Shown here piece by piece: positions 15,196-24,000 of a stretch of DNA of 24,000 nt. Every line of letters starts with the position of its first letter. Within the stretch, counting starts at the first letter, position 1. A program made the position numbers and the translations under genes. Origin of the DNA: Siphonobacter curvatus. Lineage in GTDB: Bacteria > Bacteroidota > Bacteroidia > Cytophagales > Spirosomataceae. The DNA lies in NCBI RefSeq assembly GCF_002943425.1, contig NZ_PTRA01000002.1, positions 100,090 to 124,089 on the forward strand, read 5' to 3'. The notes under the pieces are model-generated. The model ran no database searches. It saw nothing but the letters and a program-made list of their open reading frames with translations, and was not told the DNA's origin.

Positions 15196-17448
15196 ATGCT
15201 GACTACTGACAAAAATGCTTTTGGGCAGCCCTTTGTTCGTACCGAACAGGTTTCACAGTGGGCGTTAGGGGTGAAAGAACAACTGAAGCAGGCGAGCATA
15301 GAAGCCACGACTTTTCGTTGGGCCCAGGGAAAGCTACAGACGGCCTTGGATGACCATTCGTTCTGGTTATTCTACGAATTTCCGAATAAAGGAAAACTGG
15401 CTATCCGTACCTGTTATGATCAGCACCTGACGGGTAACGTACGCAACCACAAGAAGAATAAACAATCGGCTGAATGGGAGGTAGAAGGTTCACTGGGACT
15501 TTTCAGTATTAACCTGGAAATTTACGAATCCGGCTTGTTGCGGTATACCACCCGACTGACACCCCGGCAAGCGTTTACCGTACAGGGCTTTCCCCGGGAT
15601 ATCTATTTCCTTAACGCCGACAATGACCCCATGGAAACTGCGGGTAAGATGTATATCAAACAAAGCGGACCTACGGCGGGTCTGGTGTATGCTTCGGTCA
15701 CGGAACCGCTGGAAGGTAGTTTTTTTTACTTCCAAAACTTAACTTCTCTAAATGAATATGGATATCTAACGCAAACCGAACCCAGTGGCTGTGTATCGGC
15801 TCAGTGGCCGGAGCTGGGTTTTAGCTTACCCGCGGCCGAACAGCCTTTACCCGCGGAAAAGAAAATTACGCTAAGCGATGCATTTCTGTATTTAAATGAA
15901 ATTATTCCTACGGATGAATTCGAGGGAGCGGACCAGTTTTTGGAGGCGATTGGACTAGTTTATCCTCACTTACAAAAACCCGAAACGGCGTACTACGACT
16001 GGCCCAAAGCCTCCCAGCGAACTATTGATGCGTTAACCAAAGCCGGCGAATGTGGCAGGCAGATCCATAATAAATTTTATGTCAACGCCTACGTAGGTTC
16101 TACGGACAAGCCTCCCGAAAGTATGGTGCAACTGGCGATTTTGGTGCCGCTCTGGGAATACCAGCAGTGGCTGGGCGAGCCCATAGAACTACTGGAGAAA
16201 CTCCGACAAAGCATTCCTTCTTTTTACGATGAACAAAAGGAAACAATTGTTCGCTGGTTGCCCGGCGAAACGTTTAAAAAGGAGGAATTGAGTGAAGAGG
16301 AAGACCCGGATAAAATCGATTCCTGGTACCTGGTTCATATCCTCATGAATCTGGCCCGGTTGGCCGAACATGGCGATATGCAGGCAAAGGAGCTGTTCCT
16401 GAAATCGCTCCAATACGTTAGGAATGCGGCTCATCATTTCAAGTACGAGTGGCCCGTATTTTATCATGCCGAGAGCCTGAAAGTACTCAAAGCAGAAACC
16501 AGTGAAGGTAGGGGAGGTGAGCTGGATACGCCCGGACTTTACTGCCACATCATGCTTCAGGCGTATGAAATGACCCGGGATACCTTATATCTGGACGAAG
16601 CAATCCGTTCAGCCGAAAAACTAATCGGCAAAGGCTTCGACCTGCTGTACCAGTCCAACATTACCATGATGAGTGCTTTGACCCTGGTGAAGTTGTGGAA
16701 ACTCACCGGTAATCACTTGTACTATAAGTTAAGTAAACTCAGCATTGCTAACCTCATTGCCCGTATGTGGGTTTGGGAGTGTAGCATTGGCCTGGGTAAA
16801 TACCGGAGTACCTTTTTGGGCGTCGCTCCCTTGCGGGATGCCGAGTACCTAGCCGCTTATGAAGAAGCCGAAATTTTTGCTACCGTACTCAATTACCTGA
16901 AGGAATTGGGTAGTGATGTGCCGGCTCCCATCCGGCAGATTTCCAGTGAGTACTTCAAGTATCTGTTGCACCGGGGAAGATATTATTTCCCAACGGAATT
17001 ACCCCCTGACATGATCAGTGAAGAACCGCGGGAGGGGCACATTGCTCCGAAATTGCCCATTCCACTGGAGGACATTCCGACGGGCCTAAAAAAAGCGGGT
17101 TCGGTAGGCCAGGAAGTATACGGAGGAGCCATGCCCTATATCCTGACTACGTATGCGTATAAGCGTTTTGACCCGATGCCGGTGATGCTGTTTTGCGAGT
17201 ACCCCATTTACCACGCCGAATACGACATCCTCGGCCCAAAGCAAGGATATGCGTTATTCCGCTTGGGTGGAGTGGCTGAGTTTACGTGTCGGGTTCGGGT
17301 AATCGCTCTGGGTAAATCGTTACCACTTATTCAACTCTTCGATGCAACAACGGATGAGCCCATACCACCACAGGACGAAGCCCGCCAGTATCAGGAATTT
17401 ATAGTGCAGGGTGACCAGCAAATACGGCTGGAGTGGTCACGTTCGTAA
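15196..17448 (+). CDS. Large conserved-looking hypothetical protein, cytoplasmic; the C-terminal half may be an alpha/alpha-toroid fold
   Basis: Uninterrupted 750-aa ORF with an ATG start and no signal peptide. The N-terminal half is strand-rich. The C-terminal half has amphipathic helix repeats (WYLVHILMNLARLAEHGD, HIMLQAYEMTRDTLYLDEAIRSAEKL, MMSALTLVKLWKLTGNHLYY) reminiscent of (alpha/alpha)6 barrels. I do not recognise the family. Confidence 0.6.
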   Translation: MLTTDKNAFGQPFVRTEQVSQWALGVKEQLKQASIEATTFRWAQGKLQTALDDHSFWLFYEFPNKGKLAIRTCYDQHLTGNVRNHKKNKQSAEWEVEGSLGLFSINLEIYESGLLRYTTRLTPRQAFTVQGFPRDIYFLNADNDPMETAGKMYIKQSGPTAGLVYASVTEPLEGSFFYFQNLTSLNEYGYLTQTEPSGCVSAQWPELGFSLPAAEQPLPAEKKITLSDAFLYLNEIIPTDEFEGADQFLEAIGLVYPHLQKPETAYYDWPKASQRTIDALTKAGECGRQIHNKFYVNAYVGSTDKPPESMVQLAILVPLWEYQQWLGEPIELLEKLRQSIPSFYDEQKETIVRWLPGETFKKEELSEEEDPDKIDSWYLVHILMNLARLAEHGDMQAKELFLKSLQYVRNAAHHFKYEWPVFYHAESLKVLKAETSEGRGGELDTPGLYCHIMLQAYEMTRDTLYLDEAIRSAEKLIGKGFDLLYQSNITMMSALTLVKLWKLTGNHLYYKLSKLSIANLIARMWVWECSIGLGKYRSTFLGVAPLRDAEYLAAYEEAEIFATVLNYLKELGSDVPAPIRQISSEYFKYLLHRGRYYFPTELPPDMISEEPREGHIAPKLPIPLEDIPTGLKKAGSVGQEVYGGAMPYILTTYAYKRFDPMPVMLFCEYPIYHAEYDILGPKQGYALFRLGGVAEFTCRVRVIALGKSLPLIQLFDATTDEPIPPQDEARQYQEFIVQGDQQIRLEWSRS

Positions 17449-17487
17449 GGTCAAATTCTATTTACTCACGTTAGATAATTTTTAACA

Positions 17488-18246
17488 ATGCAACAAGCTA
17501 CGCAAGCACACACCCAGGTAGAAAGCCTGGAAGGAAAACGTATTCTGTTAACGGGCGGTACAACGGGTATCGGTCGGGCGATTGGAATTTTACTCGGCTC
17601 CTACGGAGCTACACTTTTCACTTTTGGACGCCACCAGGAGCAACTGGACGAAACACTAGCGGCCATTCGGGAAGCTGGCGGAAAAGCTGATGGCATCATC
17701 GCCGACGCAGCGAAGCCGGATGACATCAAAAAGGTATTCGGGCAGGTAGATCAGCAGCTGGGCGGACTTGATATTCTGATTAACGCGGCAGCTTTGGCAG
17801 CGGGTTCCATTGATGAAATGCCCGATGAAGAGTGGCGGTACGTCATCGAAACCAATCTGATGGGCTATCTAGCTACGACAAAAGAAGCCCTAAATCGCAT
17901 GAAGCTTCAGCAAAAAGGTCACATCGTATTGATTGGCTCGATGAGTGCGGATGTACGGGAGGAAGGCAGTTCTGTATACGTGGCTACTAAAGCAGCCATC
18001 CAGGGGTTTGCCGAAAGTTTACGGAAAGAAGTCAATAAACTCGGTATCAAGATAAGTCTGATTGAACCCGGAGCGGTAGGTTCGGACATGCAGCCCACTA
18101 CGCCCGAAGAAGAACGCGAAAAACAGAAAACGGGAGAAATGTTGAGAGCAGAAGACATTGCGGTTTCCGTTCATTATATCCTGACCCAACCGCTTCGCTG
18201 CGACGTCGTTTCTATCCAGATCCGTCCGCACTTACAACTGATTTAA
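17488..18246 (+). CDS. Short-chain dehydrogenase/reductase (SDR)
   Basis: 252 aa with the cofactor motif TGGTTGIGRAIG, NAA, and the catalytic S...YVATK (YxxxK). It starts 40 nt after the preceding gene and is probably co-transcribed with it. Confidence 0.9.
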   Translation: MQQATQAHTQVESLEGKRILLTGGTTGIGRAIGILLGSYGATLFTFGRHQEQLDETLAAIREAGGKADGIIADAAKPDDIKKVFGQVDQQLGGLDILINAAALAAGSIDEMPDEEWRYVIETNLMGYLATTKEALNRMKLQQKGHIVLIGSMSADVREEGSSVYVATKAAIQGFAESLRKEVNKLGIKISLIEPGAVGSDMQPTTPEEEREKQKTGEMLRAEDIAVSVHYILTQPLRCDVVSIQIRPHLQLI

Positions 18247-18268
18247 GGTACATTCTAGTTTTACCAAA

Positions 18269-18311
18269 GGCAGGCTCCGGGCGATTGATTTCCCGGAGCC
18301 TGCCCTGTTTT
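18269..18311 (+). terminator. Rho-independent terminator after the SDR gene
   Basis: GGCAGGCTCCGGG (18269-18281) and CCCGGAGCCTGCC (18292-18304) form a 13-bp perfect stem with a 10-nt loop, followed by CTGTTTTG. Confidence 0.7.
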
Positions 18312-18462
18312 GTATAAATGCCATCATCTTTAGTACGTATAGAAATAAAAAAACAAAAGTTCGTACGGATAATTCAATATCAGTTTTAATCAGCTCTTAG
18401 CTTCATAATTAGATAACATTCGCGTGGTTTTAGGATAATCTAGCCGCATTTATTTTGCAGCA

Positions 18463-19323
18463 ATGAAGAAGGTATTGAGTTTGGTTTTGATGATACAGGG
18501 AGCATTCGCGGCCTGCGGGCAGTCAGTGCAGATTCAGAAATCAATGACCATTGATTCGCTGGGAGCAGGGCAGGGGGTAAATTATATCGATGGAAACGTG
18601 TACCTCTACGGCGATCGGGAGGTGGGAATCATTCGGGAATATATTTTAAAAGACAACGAACTTCAGTATACGCAGAAAGAAGTACAGCTAAGCATCGATT
18701 CCAAAGACCTGATCAATCACCCAACGGGCATCGCCTATCAGGCCGGAAAACCGGTATTCATCGGAAACAGCATTCGACTTAATCCCGAAGGAACGCAATG
18801 GAAAGCCGTTATCTATCAGGTAAACTGGGCCGGCTTACTCCAGAGCGGAACCCTCCAGGGAAATCTCATCCATACCATTGAAGATGATGCCTGCATTCAG
18901 GGGACTCGTCCTGAGTACGTACAGTATGAGGGCCGCTGGTACGTAGCCACGGCTGATTACGGGAATAAGGCCAATGAAGTCCGGTTGTATGATCCCCAGG
19001 CCCTGGCGGCAGCCTCAAAAACCTCAGAACCAGGTATTCTCTACAAAAAATTCACCTGTTCTCCTTGGGTACAGAATCTCCATTTCATCCCGGATAAAAA
19101 TATTCTGGTATTGATTCAAAATCAGATTGTGGGCCGTCGCTGGCGATTGACTTTTCTGGATTTGAATCAATCCCTTGCTCAGGGAAAAGAACGCGTGTTG
19201 AAAGTAATAGACTTTGATAAATCCGATGAACTGGAAGGGTTTACCTTAACCCGTAACGGAGAAGTAATTCTGGTGACTTCATCCAAACAAGAGAACGTTC
19301 ACTGGGTAACGTTCGACTACTAG
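18463..19323 (+). CDS. Hypothetical lipoprotein / secreted protein
   Basis: 286 aa. The signal peptide ends in a lipobox-like AFAAC (MKKVLSLVLMIQGAFAACGQS). The rest is strand-rich and I do not recognise the family. Confidence 0.6.
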   Translation: MKKVLSLVLMIQGAFAACGQSVQIQKSMTIDSLGAGQGVNYIDGNVYLYGDREVGIIREYILKDNELQYTQKEVQLSIDSKDLINHPTGIAYQAGKPVFIGNSIRLNPEGTQWKAVIYQVNWAGLLQSGTLQGNLIHTIEDDACIQGTRPEYVQYEGRWYVATADYGNKANEVRLYDPQALAAASKTSEPGILYKKFTCSPWVQNLHFIPDKNILVLIQNQIVGRRWRLTFLDLNQSLAQGKERVLKVIDFDKSDELEGFTLTRNGEVILVTSSKQENVHWVTFDY

Positions 19324-19439
19324 TATCCGCCATTTTTCTTACTAACCAACCCTTTGAGCTAGCTAAAGTCCTCTGGTTCTCTTGAATCAGAACCGCTGGC
19401 TATGGCCTGTTTTCAGCACATTCAACTACTACACTATAC

Positions 19440-22400
19440 ATGCAGAAACGTGTATCTTTTCCCTTGCGTAAAGCGGCGACGCTCCTGAGTCCGCTTTGCC
19501 TGTTGGTGGTTCTGGCAACTACCAGCGATGCTTTCTCCCGAACACCCGAGCCACGGCCAAGCTCCTCGCGGGCTCTGGTCAAAATCACAGGCATTGTTCG
19601 TGATGAAAAAGGAGAAGCCCTCTCGGGCGTAACCGTGAGCAGCAAAGGTACCACCCGCGGTACCATTACGGATGCCACGGGGAAGTATACCCTCGAAGTG
19701 GAAGAGGGCAGTACGCTGGTGTTCTCCTTCATTGGCTACGTCTCTCAGGAAGTAGTAGTGGGCAATCGTCAAGTTCTTGATGTACAGTTGCAGGAATCCG
19801 CCAGTCAGCTCAACGAAGTAGTGGCCGTGGGTTATCAAACCGTTCGTAAAAGCGATGTGACCGGGGCCATTTCCAGTGTAAAAGCCAAGGAACTGAACCT
19901 TTCTACGCCCACGGTTGGACAAGCTCTGGTTGGGAAAGTAGCCGGCGTTCAGATTTCGCAGGTGAGTGGGGCTCCCTACGTCAGTACCAAAATTCGGGTA
20001 CGGGGTGTCGGCTCCATCAATGCCAGTGCGGATCCGCTGTATGTCATTGATGGTTACCCGGCGGGACCCGATGTCTTCATCAATCCCAATGATATTGAGT
20101 CGATTGACATCCTGAAGGATGCGGCTTCGGCGGCTATTTATGGTTCACGGGCGGCCGGTGGCGTTGTACTGATTACCACCAAACGAGGCAAAGAAGGCAA
20201 GGGCCGCCTGGATTACGATTACCAGTTTGGCCTGAATCAGCTCAGCAAAAAAGTAGATCTGCTGAACGCCGAGGAATTCGCTCAACTGCACATTGACGGC
20301 CACAATAACTCGTACCGTGATCTGGTTCGCAATTCGGGGCAAACCTGGAACGACGCCATGTTTTCCGATAACAACGCGACGCGGATTGCCCGGGTGGGAA
20401 ACGCCAGTAGCGTGAGCATCCCAGTGGAAATCTATGACTTCGCTACTCAGACAATGATCAAACCGAAGTACAATACCGATTGGCAGGATGAACTCTACCG
20501 CACGGCTTCCGTACAGCGGCATAACCTGAGCTTCTCGGGTGGTACCAAGGATGTTCGTTATGCTTTGAGTGGCGGTTATCTGAATCAGGAAGGGATCATT
20601 GTGAGTACCAAACAGGAACGGATGAACCTGCGGGCCAATCTGGATGCTCAGGTAAACAAACGTCTGAAGATTGGAGCAAACCTGGCCCTGACTTCCAATA
20701 CCAATCGAGAAGTAGAGGAAGGCCGTTTTGATAAAGGGCCGATTCTGGGGGCTTTAATCTATGCTCCGTACTTCCGGGCTTACAACGACGATGGTACATT
20801 GTCCAAATTTGAATCTTCTTCCCAAGGGCCCCTGTACGCTTATCAGACAGTCGAAAACCCCGTTGCGGTAGCGATGGAAACGATTATTCGTCGCCGGGGC
20901 TCGCGGAGTACTTACAACGGAAACGCCACCTACGATCTGCTGCCGGGCTTATCGGCCCGGATTAACCTGGGTATGCAGAACTACAACGAAAAGTACGAGT
21001 ACTATCTCCCCACCAGCCTGAGTAGCGGAAACAACGCTCCAGGTTCGGCTCAGGCCATTGCCGCCGCCACGGCTACGGCCCGTACCATTGCTCAGGTAGA
21101 TCGACTCGCTGAATACACGCTACATTATAACCGTCAGTTTGGTAAACACAGCCTCGACGCGTTGGCGGGGTATACGGCTCAGAAGTTTGAAAGTGATATC
21201 ATTAGCGTTTCAGCCCGGGGTTTTCAAAATGATCGCATCAAGGAAATTACCGGGAAAGGAGCTGATCCAACCAACTTTCTGTTAAATGTCGGCGGTGACC
21301 TGGGTACGCAGAAATACACCTGGACTCTGCTTTCGTACTTGGCTCGGGTGGGTTATAACTTTGATGAGAAGTACTACCTTTCGGCTTCCTTCCGCCGGGA
21401 TGGTTCTTCTCGCTTTGGTCCCCTTAACAAATGGGGCACTTTCCCTTCTGTATCAGCGGGCTGGAATCTTTCTAAGGAGAATTTCTACAATGATTTTCTG
21501 GGACAAAACTCTTCGCTCAAACTACGGGCTAGCTGGGGTTTAAGTGGCAATAACAATATTGGTAACTACAACTACCAGCAAGTGATGGCAAGTCCGGGGG
21601 GAGCCGTATTCGGGGGCAATGCCATCGAAACGGCTGTCTGGACCAACGGGATTCGTGATCAGCGACTGGGTTGGGAATCGACTTCGCAATTTAACTTTGG
21701 TGTCGATGCGGGACTGTTCAACAACCGACTTTTTGTGATTGCCAACTACTACATCAGTCGCTCGTTTAACCTGCTGTTCAATCAGCCCATTTCGGCCATC
21801 TCCGGAGCTTCCACCATCCTGACCAACCTTCGTGATTCCCGCGTGGAAAATAAAGGATTAGATCTGCAACTCGATGGTCGGGTGATCTCAACCCCTGATT
21901 TTAAACTGAACCTGAGTGGAAACTTCTCCTTGAACCGCAACAAGGTACTGAACATGGGTGGAGCCAGTACCATCATTACGAATGGTGCCGAGCGGTCATA
22001 CCTAACGCACATTACGCAGGAGGGTCAGCCCATTGGGATGTTCTACGGCTTTAAGGTGAAAGGCATGGTCCGCGAATCGGATATGGAAAATCTGGCCATC
22101 GACAATGCTAACTATAATTCCGCCACGCAGTCGTTCCCGGCCGGGTATCAACTGAAAGGTCCGGCCCGTTCTACCGCTTCCAGTAACCCCCTGCAACCGG
22201 GCGATTTGTACTTTGAAGACGTCAACGGTGATGGCGTAGTGAATGATGCCGACAAGCGGGTGATTGGCTCGCCTTATCCGAAGTTTATCTACGGTTTCGC
22301 CCTGACGGCCAGCTACAAAAACTTTGATTTCTCGTCTTCCTTCAACGGTTCCTACGGAAATGAAGTACTCGATGGACAGGACTATTACCTCTTCAACATG

Positions 22401-22787
22401 GAGGGCTCCGGCAACCAGTATTCCATCGTGAAGGAACGGTATCGCTCGGAGGCCGAGCCGGGCAACGGCAAAATATTCCGGGCTTCCCGGGGCGGTACGC
22501 AAAGTAACAGTACGCGGCTCTCGACCTTCTATTTGCAGGATGGCTCGTACCTGCGTTGTACCAACGTAATGCTAGGCTATAGTCTGCCTTCGAAGTGGCT
22601 CAGTGACAAAGGCTTGAGCAATGCCCGTCTGTACGTATCGGTGGACAACGCCTTTACCCTCACAAAATACAAAGGCTACAATCCCGAAGTAGATTACAAC
22701 AACGGAGCAAATCTCACCCCCGGTGTAGATTACGGAAAATATCCGCTGGTTCGGGGGTACAACGTAGGCGTGAAACTGAGTTTCTAA
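19440..22787 (+). CDS. SusC/RagA-family TonB-dependent outer-membrane transporter
   Basis: 1115 aa with a signal peptide. It has a carboxypeptidase-regulatory-like domain (ITGIVRDEKGEALSGVTVSSKGTTRGTITDATGKYTLEV) and a plug region (IESIDILKDAASAAIYGSRAAGGVVLITTKRGK). The C-terminal barrel end is YNVGVKLSF. Confidence 0.95.
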   Translation: MQKRVSFPLRKAATLLSPLCLLVVLATTSDAFSRTPEPRPSSSRALVKITGIVRDEKGEALSGVTVSSKGTTRGTITDATGKYTLEVEEGSTLVFSFIGYVSQEVVVGNRQVLDVQLQESASQLNEVVAVGYQTVRKSDVTGAISSVKAKELNLSTPTVGQALVGKVAGVQISQVSGAPYVSTKIRVRGVGSINASADPLYVIDGYPAGPDVFINPNDIESIDILKDAASAAIYGSRAAGGVVLITTKRGKEGKGRLDYDYQFGLNQLSKKVDLLNAEEFAQLHIDGHNNSYRDLVRNSGQTWNDAMFSDNNATRIARVGNASSVSIPVEIYDFATQTMIKPKYNTDWQDELYRTASVQRHNLSFSGGTKDVRYALSGGYLNQEGIIVSTKQERMNLRANLDAQVNKRLKIGANLALTSNTNREVEEGRFDKGPILGALIYAPYFRAYNDDGTLSKFESSSQGPLYAYQTVENPVAVAMETIIRRRGSRSTYNGNATYDLLPGLSARINLGMQNYNEKYEYYLPTSLSSGNNAPGSAQAIAAATATARTIAQVDRLAEYTLHYNRQFGKHSLDALAGYTAQKFESDIISVSARGFQNDRIKEITGKGADPTNFLLNVGGDLGTQKYTWTLLSYLARVGYNFDEKYYLSASFRRDGSSRFGPLNKWGTFPSVSAGWNLSKENFYNDFLGQNSSLKLRASWGLSGNNNIGNYNYQQVMASPGGAVFGGNAIETAVWTNGIRDQRLGWESTSQFNFGVDAGLFNNRLFVIANYYISRSFNLLFNQPISAISGASTILTNLRDSRVENKGLDLQLDGRVISTPDFKLNLSGNFSLNRNKVLNMGGASTIITNGAERSYLTHITQEGQPIGMFYGFKVKGMVRESDMENLAIDNANYNSATQSFPAGYQLKGPARSTASSNPLQPGDLYFEDVNGDGVVNDADKRVIGSPYPKFIYGFALTASYKNFDFSSSFNGSYGNEVLDGQDYYLFNMEGSGNQYSIVKERYRSEAEPGNGKIFRASRGGTQSNSTRLSTFYLQDGSYLRCTNVMLGYSLPSKWLSDKGLSNARLYVSVDNAFTLTKYKGYNPEVDYNNGANLTPGVDYGKYPLVRGYNVGVKLSF

Positions 22788-22792
22788 AATTG

Positions 22793-23048
22793 GTTTGAGG
22801 GTAGTTTCAGGTTTGAAGGCGTTTGAGAAAGTTTCAGGTTTGAAAAAGCGTTTGAAATGGTTTGAGAAAGGTTTGAAGGTATTTAAAAAGAGGTTGGCAG
22901 AGAAGAGAATTGTGGTCAAGAATCAGAACGGGAGTTTCATCTTTTAACCGGAACGTCTTGACCCGTGTATCCAGTCAAACCCTATACCAGCTCAAGCTTT
23001 ATACATACTCAAACTTAAAACCTAATCAAACCCATTCCAACCTCAAAC
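22793..23048. repeat. GTTTGA-unit repeat block with an inverted TCAAAC arm filling the susC-susD spacer
   Basis: GTTTGA occurs at 22793, 22811, 22821, 22838, 22850, 22860 and 22871. A tandem duplication of about 27-29 nt spans 22803-22829 / 22830-22858 (AGTTTCAGGTTTGAA..GCGTTTGA). The complementary TCAAAC occurs at 22975, 23009, 23026 and 23043. Confidence 0.8.
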
Positions 23049-23089
23049 TACTCCAACCAGACTTGCTCCCATTTTCAAGACATACAACG

Positions 23090-24000
23090 ATGAACAAAAC
23101 ATATTTTTCTATTCTGAGCTTATCGCTCCTGCTGGGGCTAGGTTCGTGCTCGAAGAGTTTTCTCGAAGAAAGTGATCCGAATGCCATTCCTTCCGCCGTA
23201 TTTTTTCAGACGGAGAATGATGTGAAACTGGCGGTCAACGGGGTGTACCAGTATCTTCGGAGTTCTGAAACGGTTGGCGAAAACAGCGGTTTGTATACCG
23301 ACGAACGCTCCGATGATACGGGCCGTAACGACAACCAGTCGAACGCGGGAGAACCCTTTCAGTTCAATGATTTTTCAATTTTGCCGAGTAATACCTACCT
23401 GAAACGTCATTGGCTGAACCTGTATCAGGCCATTACCCGCTGTAATCAGGTGCTCGACAACCTGGATAAGGTTAGCTACGCAAATCCGGAAACAAAGGCG
23501 AACTACCAGGCTGAAGTGAAGTTCATCCGGGGCTTCCTTTATTTTCAGCTCGTACGGAAGTGGGGCGATGTACCCCTGGTAACGCGGCAATTACTGCTGA
23601 CGGAGGAGGTAGCAGCAAACACCTTCCGCGAGAAAAAGGAAAAGGTTTACGAACAAATTGTGGCTGATGTGAAGGAAGCCACCGTTAGTACGCTGCCCGA
23701 TCATCAGCCGCTGTCGGGGAAAGGGCACGTTTCAAAAGTAGCCGCCTTTGCTTTGCTGGGAAAAGTGTACCTGACCATGGCGACTACGCTCGACGCGACC
23801 CATCGGACGGCCAACCTGAATCTGGCCAAAACCAATCTGATGGAAGCCTACAATCGTCGGACCTTTAAGGATTTGAAAGACATTCCGTACGCCGATGTAT
23901 TTGACGTGACCAAGAAATCCACCAATCCGGAAATCATCTTCCAGATTGTAAACCGGCAGGGCGACATCAATTTCTCTTCCAGTATTGCGGCCAATACGCA
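23090..24000 (+). CDS. SusD/RagB-family nutrient-binding lipoprotein; 3' end beyond the window
   Basis: Not in the ORF track because no stop is reached. ATG 23090 opens MNKTYFSILSLSLLLGLGSCSKSFLEESDPNAIPSAVFFQTENDVKLAVNGVYQYLRS...WLNLYQAITRCNQVL...AEVKFIRGFLYFQLVRKWGDVPLV. That combines a lipoprotein signal (GSC) with a typical SusD N-terminal region. The frame stays open to base 24000. Confidence 0.9.
   Translation, partial: MNKTYFSILSLSLLLGLGSCSKSFLEESDPNAIPSAVFFQTENDVKLAVNGVYQYLRSSETVGENSGLYTDERSDDTGRNDNQSNAGEPFQFNDFSILPSNTYLKRHWLNLYQAITRCNQVLDNLDKVSYANPETKANYQAEVKFIRGFLYFQLVRKWGDVPLVTRQLLLTEEVAANTFREKKEKVYEQIVADVKEATVSTLPDHQPLSGKGHVSKVAAFALLGKVYLTMATTLDATHRTANLNLAKTNLMEAYNRRTFKDLKDIPYADVFDVTKKSTNPEIIFQIVNRQGDINFSSSIAANT

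Noticed and set aside
8840-15200. Mobile element or genomic island carrying the two-component genes
   Set aside because: No integrase, transposase, terminal inverted repeats or direct-repeat scars were found. Only the non-coding spacers are clearly AT-rich, and sampled lines inside the kinase gene range from low to normal G+C. An old insertion remains possible but is not demonstrable here.
15027-15308. Small ORFs 15027..15209 (+) and 15096..15308 (-) near the start of the 750-aa gene
   Set aside because: They overlap the kinase terminator/promoter region and the 5' end of the long ORF. Their translations are low-complexity, and there is no supporting signal.
19375-19394. Hairpin GGTTCT-N8-AGAACC upstream of susC, as a terminator of the lipoprotein gene
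   Set aside because: The stem is only 6 bp with no following T-run, which is insufficient to call a terminator or a regulatory element.
19400-22502. Antisense or off-frame ORFs within susC (19400..19732, 19434..19922, 20145..20522, 20596..20799, 21286..21543, 21782..22012, 22002..22502)
   Set aside because: They lie entirely inside the well-supported 1115-aa SusC ORF. No recognisable motifs are present, and they are typical shadow ORFs of a GC-richer gene.
22793-22876. CRISPR array or other spacer-repeat structure in the GTTTGA repeat block
   Set aside because: The units are only 6-7 nt with irregular 10-18 nt spacing. There are no repeats of CRISPR length and no unique spacers. No cas genes are in the window.
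22572-22919. 115-aa minus-strand ORF with a repetitive FKP/FSN translation
   Set aside because: It overlaps the 3' end of susC in antisense. Its repetitive peptide is simply the translation of the GTTTGA repeat block, and there is no independent coding signal.

Overview
The window looks like a Bacteroidota chromosome segment, probably Cytophagia-like. This is inferred from a SusC/SusD pair, a Y_Y_Y-type propeller sensor kinase and Bacteroidota-style lipoprotein signals. No searches were run; all product calls rest on motifs read in the translations. Gene order is: 5'-truncated PQQ sugar dehydrogenase (+), GH67 alpha-glucuronidase (-), NrtR-like Nudix regulator (-), WYL regulator (-), Ro60/TROVE-vWA Rsr (+), tRNA-like RNA module, RlaP-type nucleotidyltransferase (+), three more tandem tRNA-like modules. 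Then comes about 1 kb of ORF-free, extremely AT-rich DNA, an orphan LytTR response regulator, a NarL-type regulator plus propeller histidine kinase, a 750-aa unknown protein, an SDR, a lipoprotein, SusC and partial SusD. The standout is 4638-8838: a WYL-controlled Ro60 RNA-surveillance cassette. It lacks RtcB/RtcA, carries an RlaP nucleotidyltransferase, and is interleaved with four paralogous Y-RNA-like modules. The modules share a conserved 5' leader box and a tRNA T-arm. One of them (8599-8717) is a near-textbook circularly permuted tRNA mimic of the YrlA type, and another (7435-7556) folds as a standard-order cloverleaf with a UUCG-capped stub in place of the anticodon arm. Secondary observations are the AT-rich island with an enriched TGTAGT motif and a strong internal terminator, a 21-bp perfect hairpin between the regulator and its kinase, and an unusually long repeat-filled susC-susD spacer.
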